Positions 11,703 through 24,088 of a stretch of DNA of 64,000 nt are shown here, piece by piece. This DNA is from Neophaeotheca triangularis. Taxonomy: Eukaryota. The notes below the pieces were generated by a model. That model did not search any database, was not told the DNA's origin, and saw nothing but the letters and a program-made list of their open reading frames with translations. The DNA lies in the NCBI GenBank assembly GCA_054600435.1, contig BAAIJX010000004.1, positions 124,001-188,000 on the forward strand. The letters run 5' to 3'. The translations under genes were made by a program, and so were the position numbers. Each line of letters begins with the position of its first letter. The stretch's first letter is position 1.

Positions 11703-12714
11703 TCAAACCGCGGCTTTGATGCCCCCCTCTGTCGTTTCAGCGAGCGGGCTATGCTGTAGCAACGGGGAGTGGCCGTTTTGGCCCTGCTCTCTAGTGGCTA
11801 GGACCTGGCGTTCTGGCGGGCGTTGTTAGGGTTGAGCTTCGAGTCTGGGGGTCTGCTTTCTCTTCTTTTTCTTTTCTTTTTCTTTTCTTTTCTTTTTTCT
11901 GTCTGGCGGGGAAGATGTCTGGATGGACGGACTCACCGAGCTCGCGGATCCGTGCGCGTAGCATCTGGTTTTCGCGTATCATGGTTTGGGTTTCGGCTTG
12001 GTGGAAGGCGGTTTCGTCGCGGGGGTTGGTGGTGTGGTGGAGTGAGTCGGTGAAGTGTGGAGGTAGGGTTGTGTGGGAAGGTGAGTGAGGGTGGGAGAGG
12101 GAGTTGGGGCGGTTGAAGTAGGTTTGAGGGGAGGCCGGGGGTGGGAGCGGGAGTGTTTGGGAGGTGGAGGGGTCGGGGGTTAGTGGTGTTGGGCTGGCGG
12201 GGTCATTGGCGGGGGCCGTGGTGGTTTTGTGGCGTTGTCCGGCTTGAAGGGCGGCAATTTCTTGTTGTTGGCTGCGGATCATGTAGAGGAGACGGTTGAC
12301 TTGGGCTTCTTGTTCGTTTTCGAGGTCTTGGTGGAGTTCGCCAAGGCTTGGTTGGCGGTGGTGGTTGGGGTCTGCGGTATGGCCGTAGTGGTGCGGACGC
12401 TCGTGGTTGGGGCTGCCGGTTACGCTTGTGTTGTTGCTTGTGGTTGCCATTTCGCCAGGAGAGGGGAGCGATGGGTTGTTAATGGAGAGATTGTGTAAAA
12501 GACTCGACCGACGACGCTCGCAGCTACGGGGTTGATGCGGTGGTGAGTGACGTTGCATACTTGCGTTGATGGCAGCGGCGGCTTGTAGCGAGGACAAGCT
12601 AGGCGATCGTGGTGAGGGGGTGGAGGTCAAGTCCTGGTTGGTGTCGCCGAGGGAGATGCGAGAGGGTCGAGTGGATGGTAGGGTCATGGTTGAATTGATC
12701 GAGTCTTGGGTCAT
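11703..12714 (-). CDS. Fungal hypothetical protein with coiled-coil segments; exons 12714-11937, 11812-11703
   Basis: HHRQPSLGELHQDLENEQEAQVNRLLYMIRSQQQEI and AETQTMIRENQMLRARIRELERQV. A GTGAGT..CTAAC..CAG intron (11813-11936) restores the ELERQV continuation. Confidence 0.8.
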
Positions 12715-14820
12715 GTTTGATGATGTGAAGAATTAGGTCGGTTGTTTCGAGGATTTGTATGTTTCTGATATCCGAGGGTTCGGAAGTGGCCGTGGGAGTA
12801 TCCAGGTAGATACTAAGTCTTATCGGGAGTAGCTAATTAGGAACAGACGGGATGAGGTGAGGTTACGGGAAGACAAGGGAACAGGCTGAGGTGATGGGAA
12901 GACTGGAACAAACAGCTGGAGAGCAGCAATAGAGACGAGTCAGACTCGGAGAGCAGAGATTCAAGCTAAGGTTTAGGTGGTTGGTAAGGTAAGTACCTAG
13001 TCAGTCGAGTCAAGAACGGAGAGGGAGAGGTGAGGGAGAGGTGAGGTTAGGTAGGTAAAAGGTAGGTAGCTAGGTAAGGACCGGTATGGCGTGATGTTTT
13101 GGAGCTGGGGACGACGGTAGGCGTGGCTTCCAGACGTCTCCAACAACAGCCGATGGGGAGTCTTGGAAGTCGTCTCGTGAGTCGTCTCGTGTGTTGAGCT
13201 TGGAAGGTTGTCAAGTCAGGGAGCAATACCTACATAAGGTACCTTGATGATACCTATAGGGAGGGGAGGTAATCCCGTCGTTACTCAGTACCACACGTGG
13301 TACTGTTGGCAGGATCGGATCATCGGAGGTTTCCCGGCTCCCGCTCGCTGTAATGGAAGTCAGCCGAGAGCAAGGTACTAGTACATACCTAAGATGATCC
13401 TTTACTAGTTCACTAGTACAGTACACCGTAAGTAGTAGTCTACGGCGAGAGCAGGGAGCAGTACATGCTATTTACATACTACATGTTGTACTTCTATAGG
13501 GCTGTGAGGCGTGAAGAGAATGACGAGATGCCTGACCTCAATACCCGACGACGACGACAACGACAACGACAACGACAACGACCGTTTCCGCACTTCTAAC
13601 CACCTTAAGGAAGGTCGGCAAGGTTCCCACATGGAGTAGCGTATCCGGCGGTACACCAACGCTCCTTGGCTCCCCACCCGCTCGTGTCAGTCAAGTCAGT
13701 TTGAGCCGCGCAAACGGTTGTTTCATGTTATGAGGTATAATTCTATTCACTACCTAGCCAGGGAGCAGCCTCACAGGAGAATAATACTAGTCCAGTTATA
13801 TGAGGAAGAGCAAGCCTTGCCATGCTTGCAACTACTTAGCTACATACCTACTACTCGGTACAGGTCTAGAGAGCGTTGCAAGGTCGGAAGAGACTCGTGC
13901 AAACGACCCGACCGTTAAGAGGAAGGATGGGTTCGGTTGGTCAGGTCATTGCCACGCATCTCCATAGTGGCATTCTTATTGTTGTTATTGTTATTATGAT
14001 TAGGTTGTACTCGAAAGCTACCTACCTACAGGTGAAGGCTCTGGCTAAGAGCAGGCTCTAAGCTGGCGAGTCAAGACGTTTCAGGAATGAGGACTAGACT
14101 CGCCTCTATCAGTACCCAAGGTAGTAAGTAGTAAGAGGACCATGTATTATTTGACACACTAAGGTACTACTACTACTGTCTGTCTGTCTATGTTCATGGT
14201 TGACAACGTCTGCAAAGCTCGGGGAATTTCCCGCTAGACCTACAGTATGTACATGCATGCTTCCATGCTACCATGCTACCCCTTTTATACTTTTGCTAGA
14301 ACGAGGCATTGAAGCAGCCTGTCACACCCTGACACCGTTCTATCCAAACTCTATCCTGCTTCCACTCACCTGCTGTCTGCTGCATGTGATGAGGAACGAA
14401 CGAATACAAGAAACTACCTGGCCAACTCTTAACCATGACTTCAACTCAACTTCCCCTTGTCCCAAGTCCCGCCTTTTGCCTTGTAACCGCCACCTACCCT
14501 TTACATTTCATCTCCTTCCTACCTATACCTCACAGTCTGTACTACACCCTTTGCCTCACTCGCCTCACCTCGCCTAGCCTCGCCTAGCCTCGCTTCACAC
14601 CAAACTAGCGGGTAATCACCTGAATTAATCAATCATCTACACTCCAAACCCCTGCAAATTGATTAAACCGAAGCAAACGCAATCAATATCAACATCAATA
14701 TCATCCATCACGGATCTACAAGCGAACAAAGCAAACGCGCCGACCTGTTGGGTTGAGGGGCCGAAACCCCCCTTGCAAGTGTCCCCGTTGTCATCTGGGA
14801 GCTCATCCCAAACTATCTTC

Positions 14821-17800
14821 ATGAGCCAAAATGAACGTCGAGGTTCGACACCGGCATCATTATCTACCGACTCCTCACATCCCTCGGACGAGGAACCTCG
14901 TAGACTGCTGAGGCATAGCGTCAGCACCCAATCAGGCGCTTTACTCTACACTCTCCATGAGAAGCGTCTGAGGGATAACCTCATCGAACAGGGGACGGCT
15001 CAACCGGCACAATCCCTTTCGCGCCAACATGACCTAACCTCTGCTCCGTTTGCTCAGACTTCGAGGTCCGCATCTCCAACGGCAGCTAGCCGGGTAACAC
15101 TACGATATCCAACGCGTTCAAAATCAACCGGAGCCGTTCGCAACCACGATCCTAGAGGCGACTTACCTTTTGCAGAGCTCTGTGCGCTCGTCCGTTCCGA
15201 CGCTTTGAGACCCGACCCTCGCTCTGATTTCCCCTTCCGAGACTCGATCCATCGCAGCACCCAATCATGGAATGGACAGCATAAGCGGACAGCTTCGCAA
15301 CTCTCGACTCGTGCCAGGGCGAAGTCATCTGCACCGAATCATCCGGCGAAGAGTAGGGATATTCAATACGAGCGCATTGCCGCTGCACGACCCGGTGATA
15401 TGAGGAGCGAGTCACCTTTCAAAGATGGCGCACTATCCGCTCGACAACTGCAGCCCAAGCCCTCAAAGTTCTCAATCTCGAGTCTTTTCAGCAAGCCAAA
15501 AGTCGAGCGGCAACGAGGCTATGCCGAAGCTGGCCTGACAATACCACCACAACCACCCTATAAAGATTTCAACCCTACACATCGAAAGGGCCGCCTTGCC
15601 CTCGCGGTTGAGCCTCCCCGAGCTGACAGCAGCATGTCTTTCCTATCTACGGCTACCCGGACGCCAGCCGACCGACACAAAACCTTGCCGCAACGACCTC
15701 CACCAACAACGACGGACTCGGACTACTCGCCATGGCAACCAGTCCCACTCTTTCAAGCCTACGCGCAATCAGTCAAGTACGGTATCGTCCAAGTCTCAAC
15801 CAACCCCGCCAGCATGGCACCGCACAAGTCAAAGAGAAAGACTCCTAGCGGCTTGCCAATCCAAGCGACCGATACTGGCCCCAGAGCGAGTTTCGACTCG
15901 ACGCGGAGCATCGAGACGAAACGTCCCCCCAGGACGAGTGTCAGACAGTCCATTGGTCCATTTCCAGTACATAGGCAGCCGCCTCAAAAGATTGTCGTCC
16001 TGACGGCCTCTGGCCTCCTCTTGCAGTACAACGGCGTAGGCCCGTACGGCAGGCTGCCAGAACACGCCATGCAACTGTGCAAGGACTCGACGGTCTCGGT
16101 CCATGAGATTTCGGGGAAGTTACAGATCTCGCATGCCATCGACCAGCGCGGGCGTTTGACGTCGAAGCCGGAATCTTTCTTTGGGAGGCTCGGGCGTGAT
16201 TCTACAAAACGCACTATTTCTCCCATTGTGCTTGTTGCGCCTGACTCGGAAGAAAAGCGTAGCTGGTTGACTGCTTTGAGGCAAGAGATTGAGAAGCTTG
16301 GAGGGTCAAGGGCCAGTGCAGATATCTTGAGGGGGAGAGACTTCGGTGAGACGAACAGTAGACGTCGGCAAGAGGGTTTGAACCTTGAAAATGTACCCAC
16401 TACGAACAGGCCGGAGGAGAGAGGTCCCAACGGCAGATCCTTGGACGTCTCTGGCGTGTTGGAAAATGCGGAGCCAGCATCAACCATGCAGAGAAATAGT
16501 TCAATTCGGTCTGAGCGCTCAATCAACTCACAAGGCCCGGCTAGGCGGAGTTCGGTGAGGAGAGGCTCACCTTTACCTATGATAGCCAGGCATACAGACG
16601 ACCCTAGCGAACTTGCCTCTCGAGTGGCAGTCGACAATGCGAGCTCTAGGTCAAAATCGAACAATGTCCGATCCTCTTTGGACACCACTTCCACTGCCGC
16701 AACTTCCGTCGACCACCAAGGCAGTACAGTTCATAGACGTCAATCGTACTCGACAATAGCGACGTCAAGAACCAACTCCATGACCATGATTTCATCCGCT
16801 CCTGCTGCCTCGTCTGAAGTGACGAGCTCCGACGTGGCTCCAACAAACAGAACTTCGTCTTACAGCAGTGCAACGAAGAGACGCTCGGCGATGCCAACAA
16901 GAGTCGCGCAAGACAACCAACCACCGCAAGAGCAACCACGAGAGCTCCGAAAGAGAGGATCCGTTCTGGCTGCCGGCTTGGGCGGTATCCAATCACCACG
17001 CGCCAGCGGCAAAGGCACGCGAATCAACATGCCTGCAGACGAGCCGGCAACTCAGGACACTCCAACGAACTGGCACACTCAACCCGGCCCAGCAACGACC
17101 CCCCCGGCTGCTGTGACTGCAGATAACGCCGAACGCCCCGTCTCTTTCGTCGGCGACCTCCCATCAAAACAAGCCTGGAGCAATCCCCGCTCCATGCAGC
17201 GCTCATCACTCGCACACCAGCAAATCCAAAAACCTGTCCACAAGTCCGCTTCACAACCTTCTCTGCGTGATGGGCAACAAGCCCGACCGAGACGCAGGTC
17301 TAGTCAACCTTTTGGGTTGCGCATAAATCCTTCCAGCAACACTCCCACGCTAACAAGACCCGAACGACCCGTAAACTCCAGCAACGACGACAACATCCCG
17401 GCAGAGAGGCAAACTCACACCCTCGTCGCCAAAATCGACTCTCATCGTCCAACACCACCAGAATCCAACCACGAACCCCTTCCCGCCATCTCAAACCCAA
17501 ACCAACACTCGCAGCAGCATTATCCCTCCCCCCGCGTCCCTTCATCCTCCAACAAGCTTTCCCTCTTCCCACCCCCGGGCCCCCCACCCACAACCCCCCT
17601 CCCACCGGACCCAAGCTCCCACAATTACAACCACAACAACTCCTCAAAACCTCCTCTCCACCGCCCAGCGAGCTTGCAAGTCCGGACGTCGCATGCGCCA
17701 TTTTTGGCATCGAGAACGCTCCACGCCGACGACGACGGCGACAACTGCAACCAAACCCCTCGTACCCAAAAACCAACGGGAAATGGAAAACGCATCTCCA

Positions 17801-18321
17801 GCGCGCAAGCACCGGTACCAATTCGCTCCCTCAAACCTTCACGATCAGCCAACTTCGCTCTCCCCCGGTCTGCAACAAGTCTCCCCGCACAACTCGGGGC
17901 TACTTCTTTGCAGGCCCCCGACATTAATACCAATGCCAACATCAACACCAACCCCAACAGCAACTCCAATCTCCACCCCCACCACCATCTCCACCCCCAT
18001 CCCCAGCTCCCCCCTCCCCCTTCGACACAACCCCCCACCTCCCGGCCCCGCGACCCAAAACACCAAGACCCAGGCAATCATCCACGCCTCAGTCTACGAC
18101 AGCAGACCAGTCTCCCGCGGCTGGAATTCGGCACCCCTGTCGTCGGGCTGGGGCCGCCTACGGTTCCCCCGCCTGGGGGGCCTTTGCCTCGCGTGCCGTT
18201 ACCTCGCGTGCCGTTACCTCGCGTGCCGGATGGGGATGCGGGTGCGAGGGGGAGCGAGGGCAGGGACGCGGGTGGGGACGCGGGTGCGAGGGGCAAGGGA
18301 GGGGGTTCTGAGGGGAGGTGA
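14821..18321 (+). CDS. Large, mostly disordered protein with a central PH-like domain
   Basis: Intronless ORF from ATG 14821. PH-like stretch KIVVLTASGLLLQY...IVLVAPDSEEKRSWLTALRQEIEKLGG with the terminal-helix Trp; Pro-rich tail. Confidence 0.8.
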   Translation: MSQNERRGSTPASLSTDSSHPSDEEPRRLLRHSVSTQSGALLYTLHEKRLRDNLIEQGTAQPAQSLSRQHDLTSAPFAQTSRSASPTAASRVTLRYPTRSKSTGAVRNHDPRGDLPFAELCALVRSDALRPDPRSDFPFRDSIHRSTQSWNGQHKRTASQLSTRARAKSSAPNHPAKSRDIQYERIAAARPGDMRSESPFKDGALSARQLQPKPSKFSISSLFSKPKVERQRGYAEAGLTIPPQPPYKDFNPTHRKGRLALAVEPPRADSSMSFLSTATRTPADRHKTLPQRPPPTTTDSDYSPWQPVPLFQAYAQSVKYGIVQVSTNPASMAPHKSKRKTPSGLPIQATDTGPRASFDSTRSIETKRPPRTSVRQSIGPFPVHRQPPQKIVVLTASGLLLQYNGVGPYGRLPEHAMQLCKDSTVSVHEISGKLQISHAIDQRGRLTSKPESFFGRLGRDSTKRTISPIVLVAPDSEEKRSWLTALRQEIEKLGGSRASADILRGRDFGETNSRRRQEGLNLENVPTTNRPEERGPNGRSLDVSGVLENAEPASTMQRNSSIRSERSINSQGPARRSSVRRGSPLPMIARHTDDPSELASRVAVDNASSRSKSNNVRSSLDTTSTAATSVDHQGSTVHRRQSYSTIATSRTNSMTMISSAPAASSEVTSSDVAPTNRTSSYSSATKRRSAMPTRVAQDNQPPQEQPRELRKRGSVLAAGLGGIQSPRASGKGTRINMPADEPATQDTPTNWHTQPGPATTPPAAVTADNAERPVSFVGDLPSKQAWSNPRSMQRSSLAHQQIQKPVHKSASQPSLRDGQQARPRRRSSQPFGLRINPSSNTPTLTRPERPVNSSNDDNIPAERQTHTLVAKIDSHRPTPPESNHEPLPAISNPNQHSQQHYPSPRVPSSSNKLSLFPPPGPPPTTPLPPDPSSHNYNHNNSSKPPLHRPASLQVRTSHAPFLASRTLHADDDGDNCNQTPRTQKPTGNGKRISSAQAPVPIRSLKPSRSANFALPRSATSLPAQLGATSLQAPDINTNANINTNPNSNSNLHPHHHLHPHPQLPPPPSTQPPTSRPRDPKHQDPGNHPRLSLRQQTSLPRLEFGTPVVGLGPPTVPPPGGPLPRVPLPRVPLPRVPDGDAGARGSEGRDAGGDAGARGKGGGSEGR
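18187..18228 (+). repeat. 15-bp coding tandem repeat (CCTCGCGTGCCGTTA, about 3 copies; encodes PRVPL)
   Basis: Directly visible in the 3' end of the PH-domain ORF. Confidence 0.85.
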
Positions 18322-19496
18322 GGTGAGGGGCGGTGAAGGTGCCGGGGCTGGGAGGGGGGGGGGGTCGCTTGGGTGGGTCTGGTTGTTTTTTTTATTCTTT
18401 GTTATAGAACAGATGGCTGGGTTTTTTTCGTTTTGGCAACGGATCGGAGTGGATTGGAGGAGTCTGAGGTGGGATGGTATGGATGGGGAATGACTGGTAG
18501 ATTTTGCTTGGCTTTTTGGGGATGTGTATGTATGTATGTATGTATGTATGTATATATACCCCACGCCTACGGCCCTGAGGATGTTTTTGTGCTTTTGTCT
18601 CTTACTTACTTAGTTGGTTGGTTACTTAGTTATTTACTTACTTGCTAGATAGATAGATAGATAGTTAGGTTAGTCAGGTAGCGTCAATTGTTCCTTCTCC
18701 TCACTACATAAGAAATTTATGATAAGTAAAGTAGTCTCGTAGCACACTACCCAGGTACTATACTTGCTGCTTTCGCCTAGGTAGGTTAGGATCGTTTGTA
18801 AAGGTTAGGACCGAGGTGTTGTAGGGGATACCTAGGTAGGGAGGGGTTTTTCTTCCTTTTCTTTTTCTTTTCCTTCCTCTATCTAGCTTTGGGAATTTAT
18901 TTTATCAATATTGAAAAATGATATCTACTTGAATAGGAGCAGGTGGAGCGGACGACTGTCGTCCGAAGATTGCTTGGAGGGCCTCCACTTCGGCTTTAAC
19001 CTTCCCCACTTTGGGGACACCCGGTGAAGAGCCGGCTAAGGGGATCGGGTGCAATGGTAGTCCGACATCCGACTTCATGCCGTCCGGGGCATTAGGTTGC
19101 TCGAGCGGGGTTGGGATTGTTGTGTAGGTGGTGCGTAACGTTGGGTAGGTAGGCATTGCCACAGATGATTTACTATTGTTTATTATATGATGTAGCTGTT
19201 CTAACAGGATCGTCGATTAAGGCTGGACGGTAGACATGAACTTCATCTACACACACAGTATCCGGACAAGCTCTAACTACAGCTACTGCTTAACTAAGAG
19301 TGAGTCCAAGAGACGACAAGACTTCCCATCTCCACCCCCATACCACGCACGGTGTACGGTATGACGACGGAAAGGAAAAAAACTTCGTACAAGGGGAGGG
19401 GCAGCAACCTTCAAAAGTATCGCCAATCGCCAGTTCGGTTCAGCCGTCTTTCTTCACCTTTCTTCCCTCTCTAAGTACCTACCCAACATCATCACA

Positions 19497-21386
19497 ATGG
19501 CCGTCCTCAAACATCTCCTCCCACTAGCATCTCTGCTTCCCCTATCCCTAGCGCAACAATGTCCCGACTACCTCGAATATGCTGACGAGTACCACGCTCC
19601 CTTCTCATCCGGCCGCTACAACCTCTCCTCCCAGCGACCCGACCCAGCATGCCGCACTTTCAACTCCTCTGGTGTCGAAGACGCCATCAATAGGGTGGAA
19701 GCCGACATCAGCGACCCCGATCTCTCCCGGCTCTTCCAAAATGCCTACCCGAGCACTTTGGACACGGCCATCCGTTGGAAAGGCTACGCGGACAATGGTA
19801 CTGACGAGGAATTAACCTTCATCATCACTGGCGACATCAACGCCATGTGGTTGCGTGACTCGAGCAATCAGATGCAGTCGTATCTTCCCCTGCTGAACGC
19901 CTCGGATTCTCCTGATAGTATTGCATCTTTGTTCCGTGGGGTTATTAACCTTCAAGCGCGATACCTCCTTACCAGCCCTTACTGCAACTCTTTCCAGCCG
20001 CCAGTCGAGTCTGGTATCCCGCCCGACACGAACCCCGCCGCCAGTGATGATCAGGTCTACCCTCCGTACAACAACCAATCTGTCTTTGAGTGCAAGTACG
20101 AGCTAGGTGAGAGGATTGCGCAAAAACCCCACATCTTGCCCCAACTAACACACAGCGCTTCAGACTCCATCGCCGCTTTTCTGCAAGTCTCCTACGACTA
20201 CTACACCAGAACCGACGATTTGGACTTTTTCGCAAACTCCCGCACCTGGACCCGAGCAGTCGAGGCCGTCTTAACCGTAGCGACAGAGATGCAAACCCCA
20301 ACTTACAACGCAGACGGCAGCGTCGCCGACTCCCCCTACACCTTCAACCGCCTCACCAACCGGGGCACCGAGACCCTAGCCAACACGTGCGGCACCCTCG
20401 AACGCCGCGGCGACGGCTGCACCCCCCAACTAAACGGTCTCGGCAACCCAGTCAACAACGGCACGGGCCTAATCCGCTCCGCCTTCCGGCCCTCGGACGA
20501 CAGCACAATCTTCCAATTCCTCATCCCAGCCAACATGATGTTCTCGCGCTACCTATCGGCCACGGCGCCCCTCGCCTCCTGCCTGGGCAACGACGACCTC
20601 GCCGCCCGCATGACGGCCCTCTCCCAGCAAGTCCGCTCCGGCATCGAGCACCACGGCATCGTGCGCCGCGAACCCCACGGCCAAATCTACGCTTACGAAG
20701 TCGACGGCTACGGCGGCGCCAACATCATGGACGACGCCAACATCCCTTCCTTGCTCTCCGCGCCGCTCTTCGGCTACCTGAACCGCCACGACCAAACCTA
20801 CCAAAACACTCGCGCCTTGCTGCTTAGCGCCAACAACCCCTACTACAACCGCGGACCCGTGCTCGAGGCCATTGGCGGGCCACATCAAGGGCCCGGCATG
20901 GCGTGGCCGTGAGTTTTCCGAACCCCCTAGAGTCCAAATCGAGGTTTCGAGAACTTGCTAACTCGACGACCAGTATGGCGGCTATAGTGCGCTCGCTGAC
21001 GTCCGACGACGACGACGAGATTGCCGCGCAATTGCAGCAACTCGTCGGTAGTACCGATGGTTACGGGTTGATTCACGAGAGTGTCAATTCTTTTGACGTG
21101 CGCGATTGGACGAGGGAATGGTGAGTTCTGAATAATCCCGACTTTCTTGTTTTATTTTTCTTGTTTGCCCTTTGCGCTTGGCTTGTTTTAGGGGCGGATT
21201 GACACCCTTTTTTTTTCCCTTTTTTTTTTTCCTTTTTTTTTTCGGCGTTGATCTTTGTTCGTAATTTCATTTGCTAATTCCCCCGCTTCAAGGTTCTCCT
21301 GGGCCAACGGCCTCTTCGGCCAGATGATTCTGGATCTACACGACAGGAAGCCGGGACTCCTGAGCAGGAGTTATCAAGGGGAGTAA
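19497..21386 (+). CDS. Secreted glycoside hydrolase family 125 (exo-alpha-1,6-mannosidase-like); exons 19497-20106, 20164-20908, 20974-21120, 21293-21386
   Basis: Signal peptide; motifs [60 protein letters not shown] and TREWFSWAN. Three canonical introns. Confidence 0.92.
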
Positions 21387-22004
21387 GAGTGGGAAAGAAT
21401 GAGTCGTCTCGAACGTTTCCGGGATGAGCAGAGAGGCTCCCGTAGACAAATGACCTTGACGCTGAAATGTATTTTTCGTCTCGCACGAATGGCACCTCGA
21501 CCGGGCAAACGAGTCTTTCCACTCCTCTGCCCGTGAAGCCATCGCATCCCTACAACACCTTGCTAGCAATGTAGCGCGGAATACATGTCTGTTGAACACG
21601 CACGATTTCTAATTCCTCAGTGACCCCCCGTCCTCGGCTTCAGAGAACCCCTCCATCTCCGCCTCGCCAAACAGGCGGTTTCCACAAAAGGCACTTCGTG
21701 CTCCTATGTTATTAGACCACCTAGTCTCAGCTCATTGCGTCTGAGAATCCAAAAAGAAGAGGGCGTATTACTGCTCATCATCAAAACACACGTACCTATT
21801 ACTCGAGGGCGAGATCGAAGAGTGTTGAAACCCCACGCCTAGAATCCCTCGACATATACAGTAGTTGGTTGCATTCCGCGTCAGCTGAAGTTTAACCACC
21901 CCCGACAGAGTGCGTACGTAGTACCCTCGCGCTTCCGTACTCCAAAGAGAAAAAAAAAAACGCTCCTTCGCTCTCTCGATCAGACCCCCCCCCCGGCCAC
22001 GCGC

Positions 22005-23930
22005 TCAAACCACCCACCTGACCTCCTTCCCGACTCGCTCGCCAAGAGCCGCGGTTCTGGTGAGCTTTCCCGCTAGGCCGTCCTTCTCATTATAGCCCTC
22101 GATGGGGTTTCCGTCCGAGTGCGCACGTGGGCGGAACCTCACGGCTTCCCATGTCGCGGTCGAGACGCTCGTGCAGAGAGACAGACGTCTCGGCCGCTGG
22201 AGTTGGGAGATTCGCAAAAGCTCCCTCGCCAACTGTGCTGAGGGGTGGTGCTGGTCACGCGGCGACGACAGCCTCTCCCTTTCCCCCTCCCCCGGCGCCG
22301 CCCGGCACCTTCTTCGGCCCCCGTGCCGTCGCCATGTCTCTAGCGCGCTCGCGTTTGCGGATAACGTCTCCGTCGGCGCCGAGTTCGAGGTGTGCAGGGC
22401 GACGGAAACAATCCTTGCCCGCGTTGGGGTCGTTGACTTGTAGTACACACGGGCGAACGAGCCTTCACCGAGGCGATAGACGTTGCTGCCGTCGTTGTCA
22501 AGCCGGCCGCAAGCAGGATACTAGGGGGAGCCGTCGGCCTGTCTACCCGCTCGCACACCGCCATGGTACCACTGACTGACTTTGCGTTAGCTGTAGGTGG
22601 GAATTGCATTCATGCTGGACCAATCTCGGTTGGGTTGTCCGGGAGGTCGCAGTAGCGGAAGAAATCGCCCGTGAATACTTGGGTGTTCGAGGCAACGTTG
22701 ATAGAAAAGGGGGGGTATGGGGGCGGTGTGACAGCCATTCAAGACATGCAAACAGCGTCGTTGGTGGCCGAAACCTGAAGGAATCCCGTTGTCTGCTTCC
22801 AGTGCCAATCTCAATGGTCTTGATTTCTCCTCGATGGTAGTCGTTGCCTCCGATCCCTTTGCTGCCGACCACGTTGTTAACAGGATACCGGCTTCCGTGG
22901 GACAAAAGAGAGGAAATAGATGGCATTCGGCGATGGATTGAAGCTAACGGGTCACTATTCAGACCGGAAAGGACCATATCATGCAGGTGACATGGTGGAG
23001 AGCTTGGGGCTTTCTTGTGACATGCAGTTTTCCAAGCGATCAAAGCATGAGCTTTAAGAAGTGTGTAGGCCTGTGATCGGTATAATCACCCAGCATGGAG
23101 AAGACGGACAGAGGTGCCCTCGACTGTGCCACTCCTCTAAACCAAGACTGATACAAGTACCGGTGGACGGCCGCTGCTGTAGCAGCCCATTAGTTAAGTA
23201 GTGAATCCACGCTACCGTTTCCCCCTTCGGTCTCCATAAAAGTGGCTCGTAAGTTAACTTCGACTTTGACATGATCTGGAGGAACGGACGGCACCCAGAA
23301 CGTTGTGCTCCTCAGGGGGAAAGACTGTCCCTTGACGGAAAACGAGGACAATTCTCGTCTGCGTTACACGGCGCTAAACACGTCTTACGTGAAGTTATCA
23401 CAAGTGCCAATGCGTTTTCATCGGATGGAATAAAAGCACCCTGCCCGTGGGAAAACCAGAGCGCCACGCTTTAAAGCCAAACGGAAGGGCATGACAGGCA
23501 TGCTCACTCATGTAATGCCACGCCTCTGGAACGGAACTGCTACATCGGCTCTGACGTACGCAAACGCCGCTCTTTTGTGTACATTACGTTCGTTCTTTAG
23601 TTGCCCGAAGTCGACGTCAACGAGCAAGAATCGACCTGGAAAAGCCGATTTGACATGCGACCGTGCCATCGTTCTTAGTTGTCGGCAGACGAACGTGTCG
23701 CACTCAAATCTTTGGAAAGCTCCGAGATGAATGAGGTAGAAAAAGTCCAACCGCGTAGTCTGTCGTCTCATTTCCAAGTATTCCGCGTGCGTCCAAGAAT
23801 GAAGGCGAAGATGTTGCTCAAAGTTTCGCAAGATATTGCAGATGTTGTAATAGCGATTTAAAAAGCTGTAGAGCCTGTGGGAGTTGCTGATGATTAGGTA
23901 CTTGTAGTGAGATGCCTTCGTGACCTGAAC
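22005..23930 (-). pseudogene. Probable decayed protein-coding gene
   Basis: Long protein-like frames broken by isolated stops and frameshifts, plus a CTAAC..CAG acceptor at about 22576-22590; family not recognised. Confidence 0.35.
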
Positions 23931-24088
23931 CTACAAGCGAAGCGCGCTCGGCCAAACTCCGCCTTTGCCGAATCGCTCGAAATCTTGGCGCCGACTTTTC
24001 GACCCAGAAAAAAGTCTCGAGACAAGCAGCTCCAACATCAACTTTGCCTACACCACTTTTGCGCATTCCCACCTCGCAACTCTCCACC

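Noticed and set aside
22441..22475. LGEGSFARVY resembling a protein-kinase glycine-rich loop
   Set aside because: No VAxK, HRD or DFG motifs follow in the frames I read; kept only as part of an unidentified relic.
23886..23930. TGATGA...CTGA resembling C/D snoRNA boxes
   Set aside because: The boxes are only about 40 nt apart, with no convincing terminal stem or recognisable guide.
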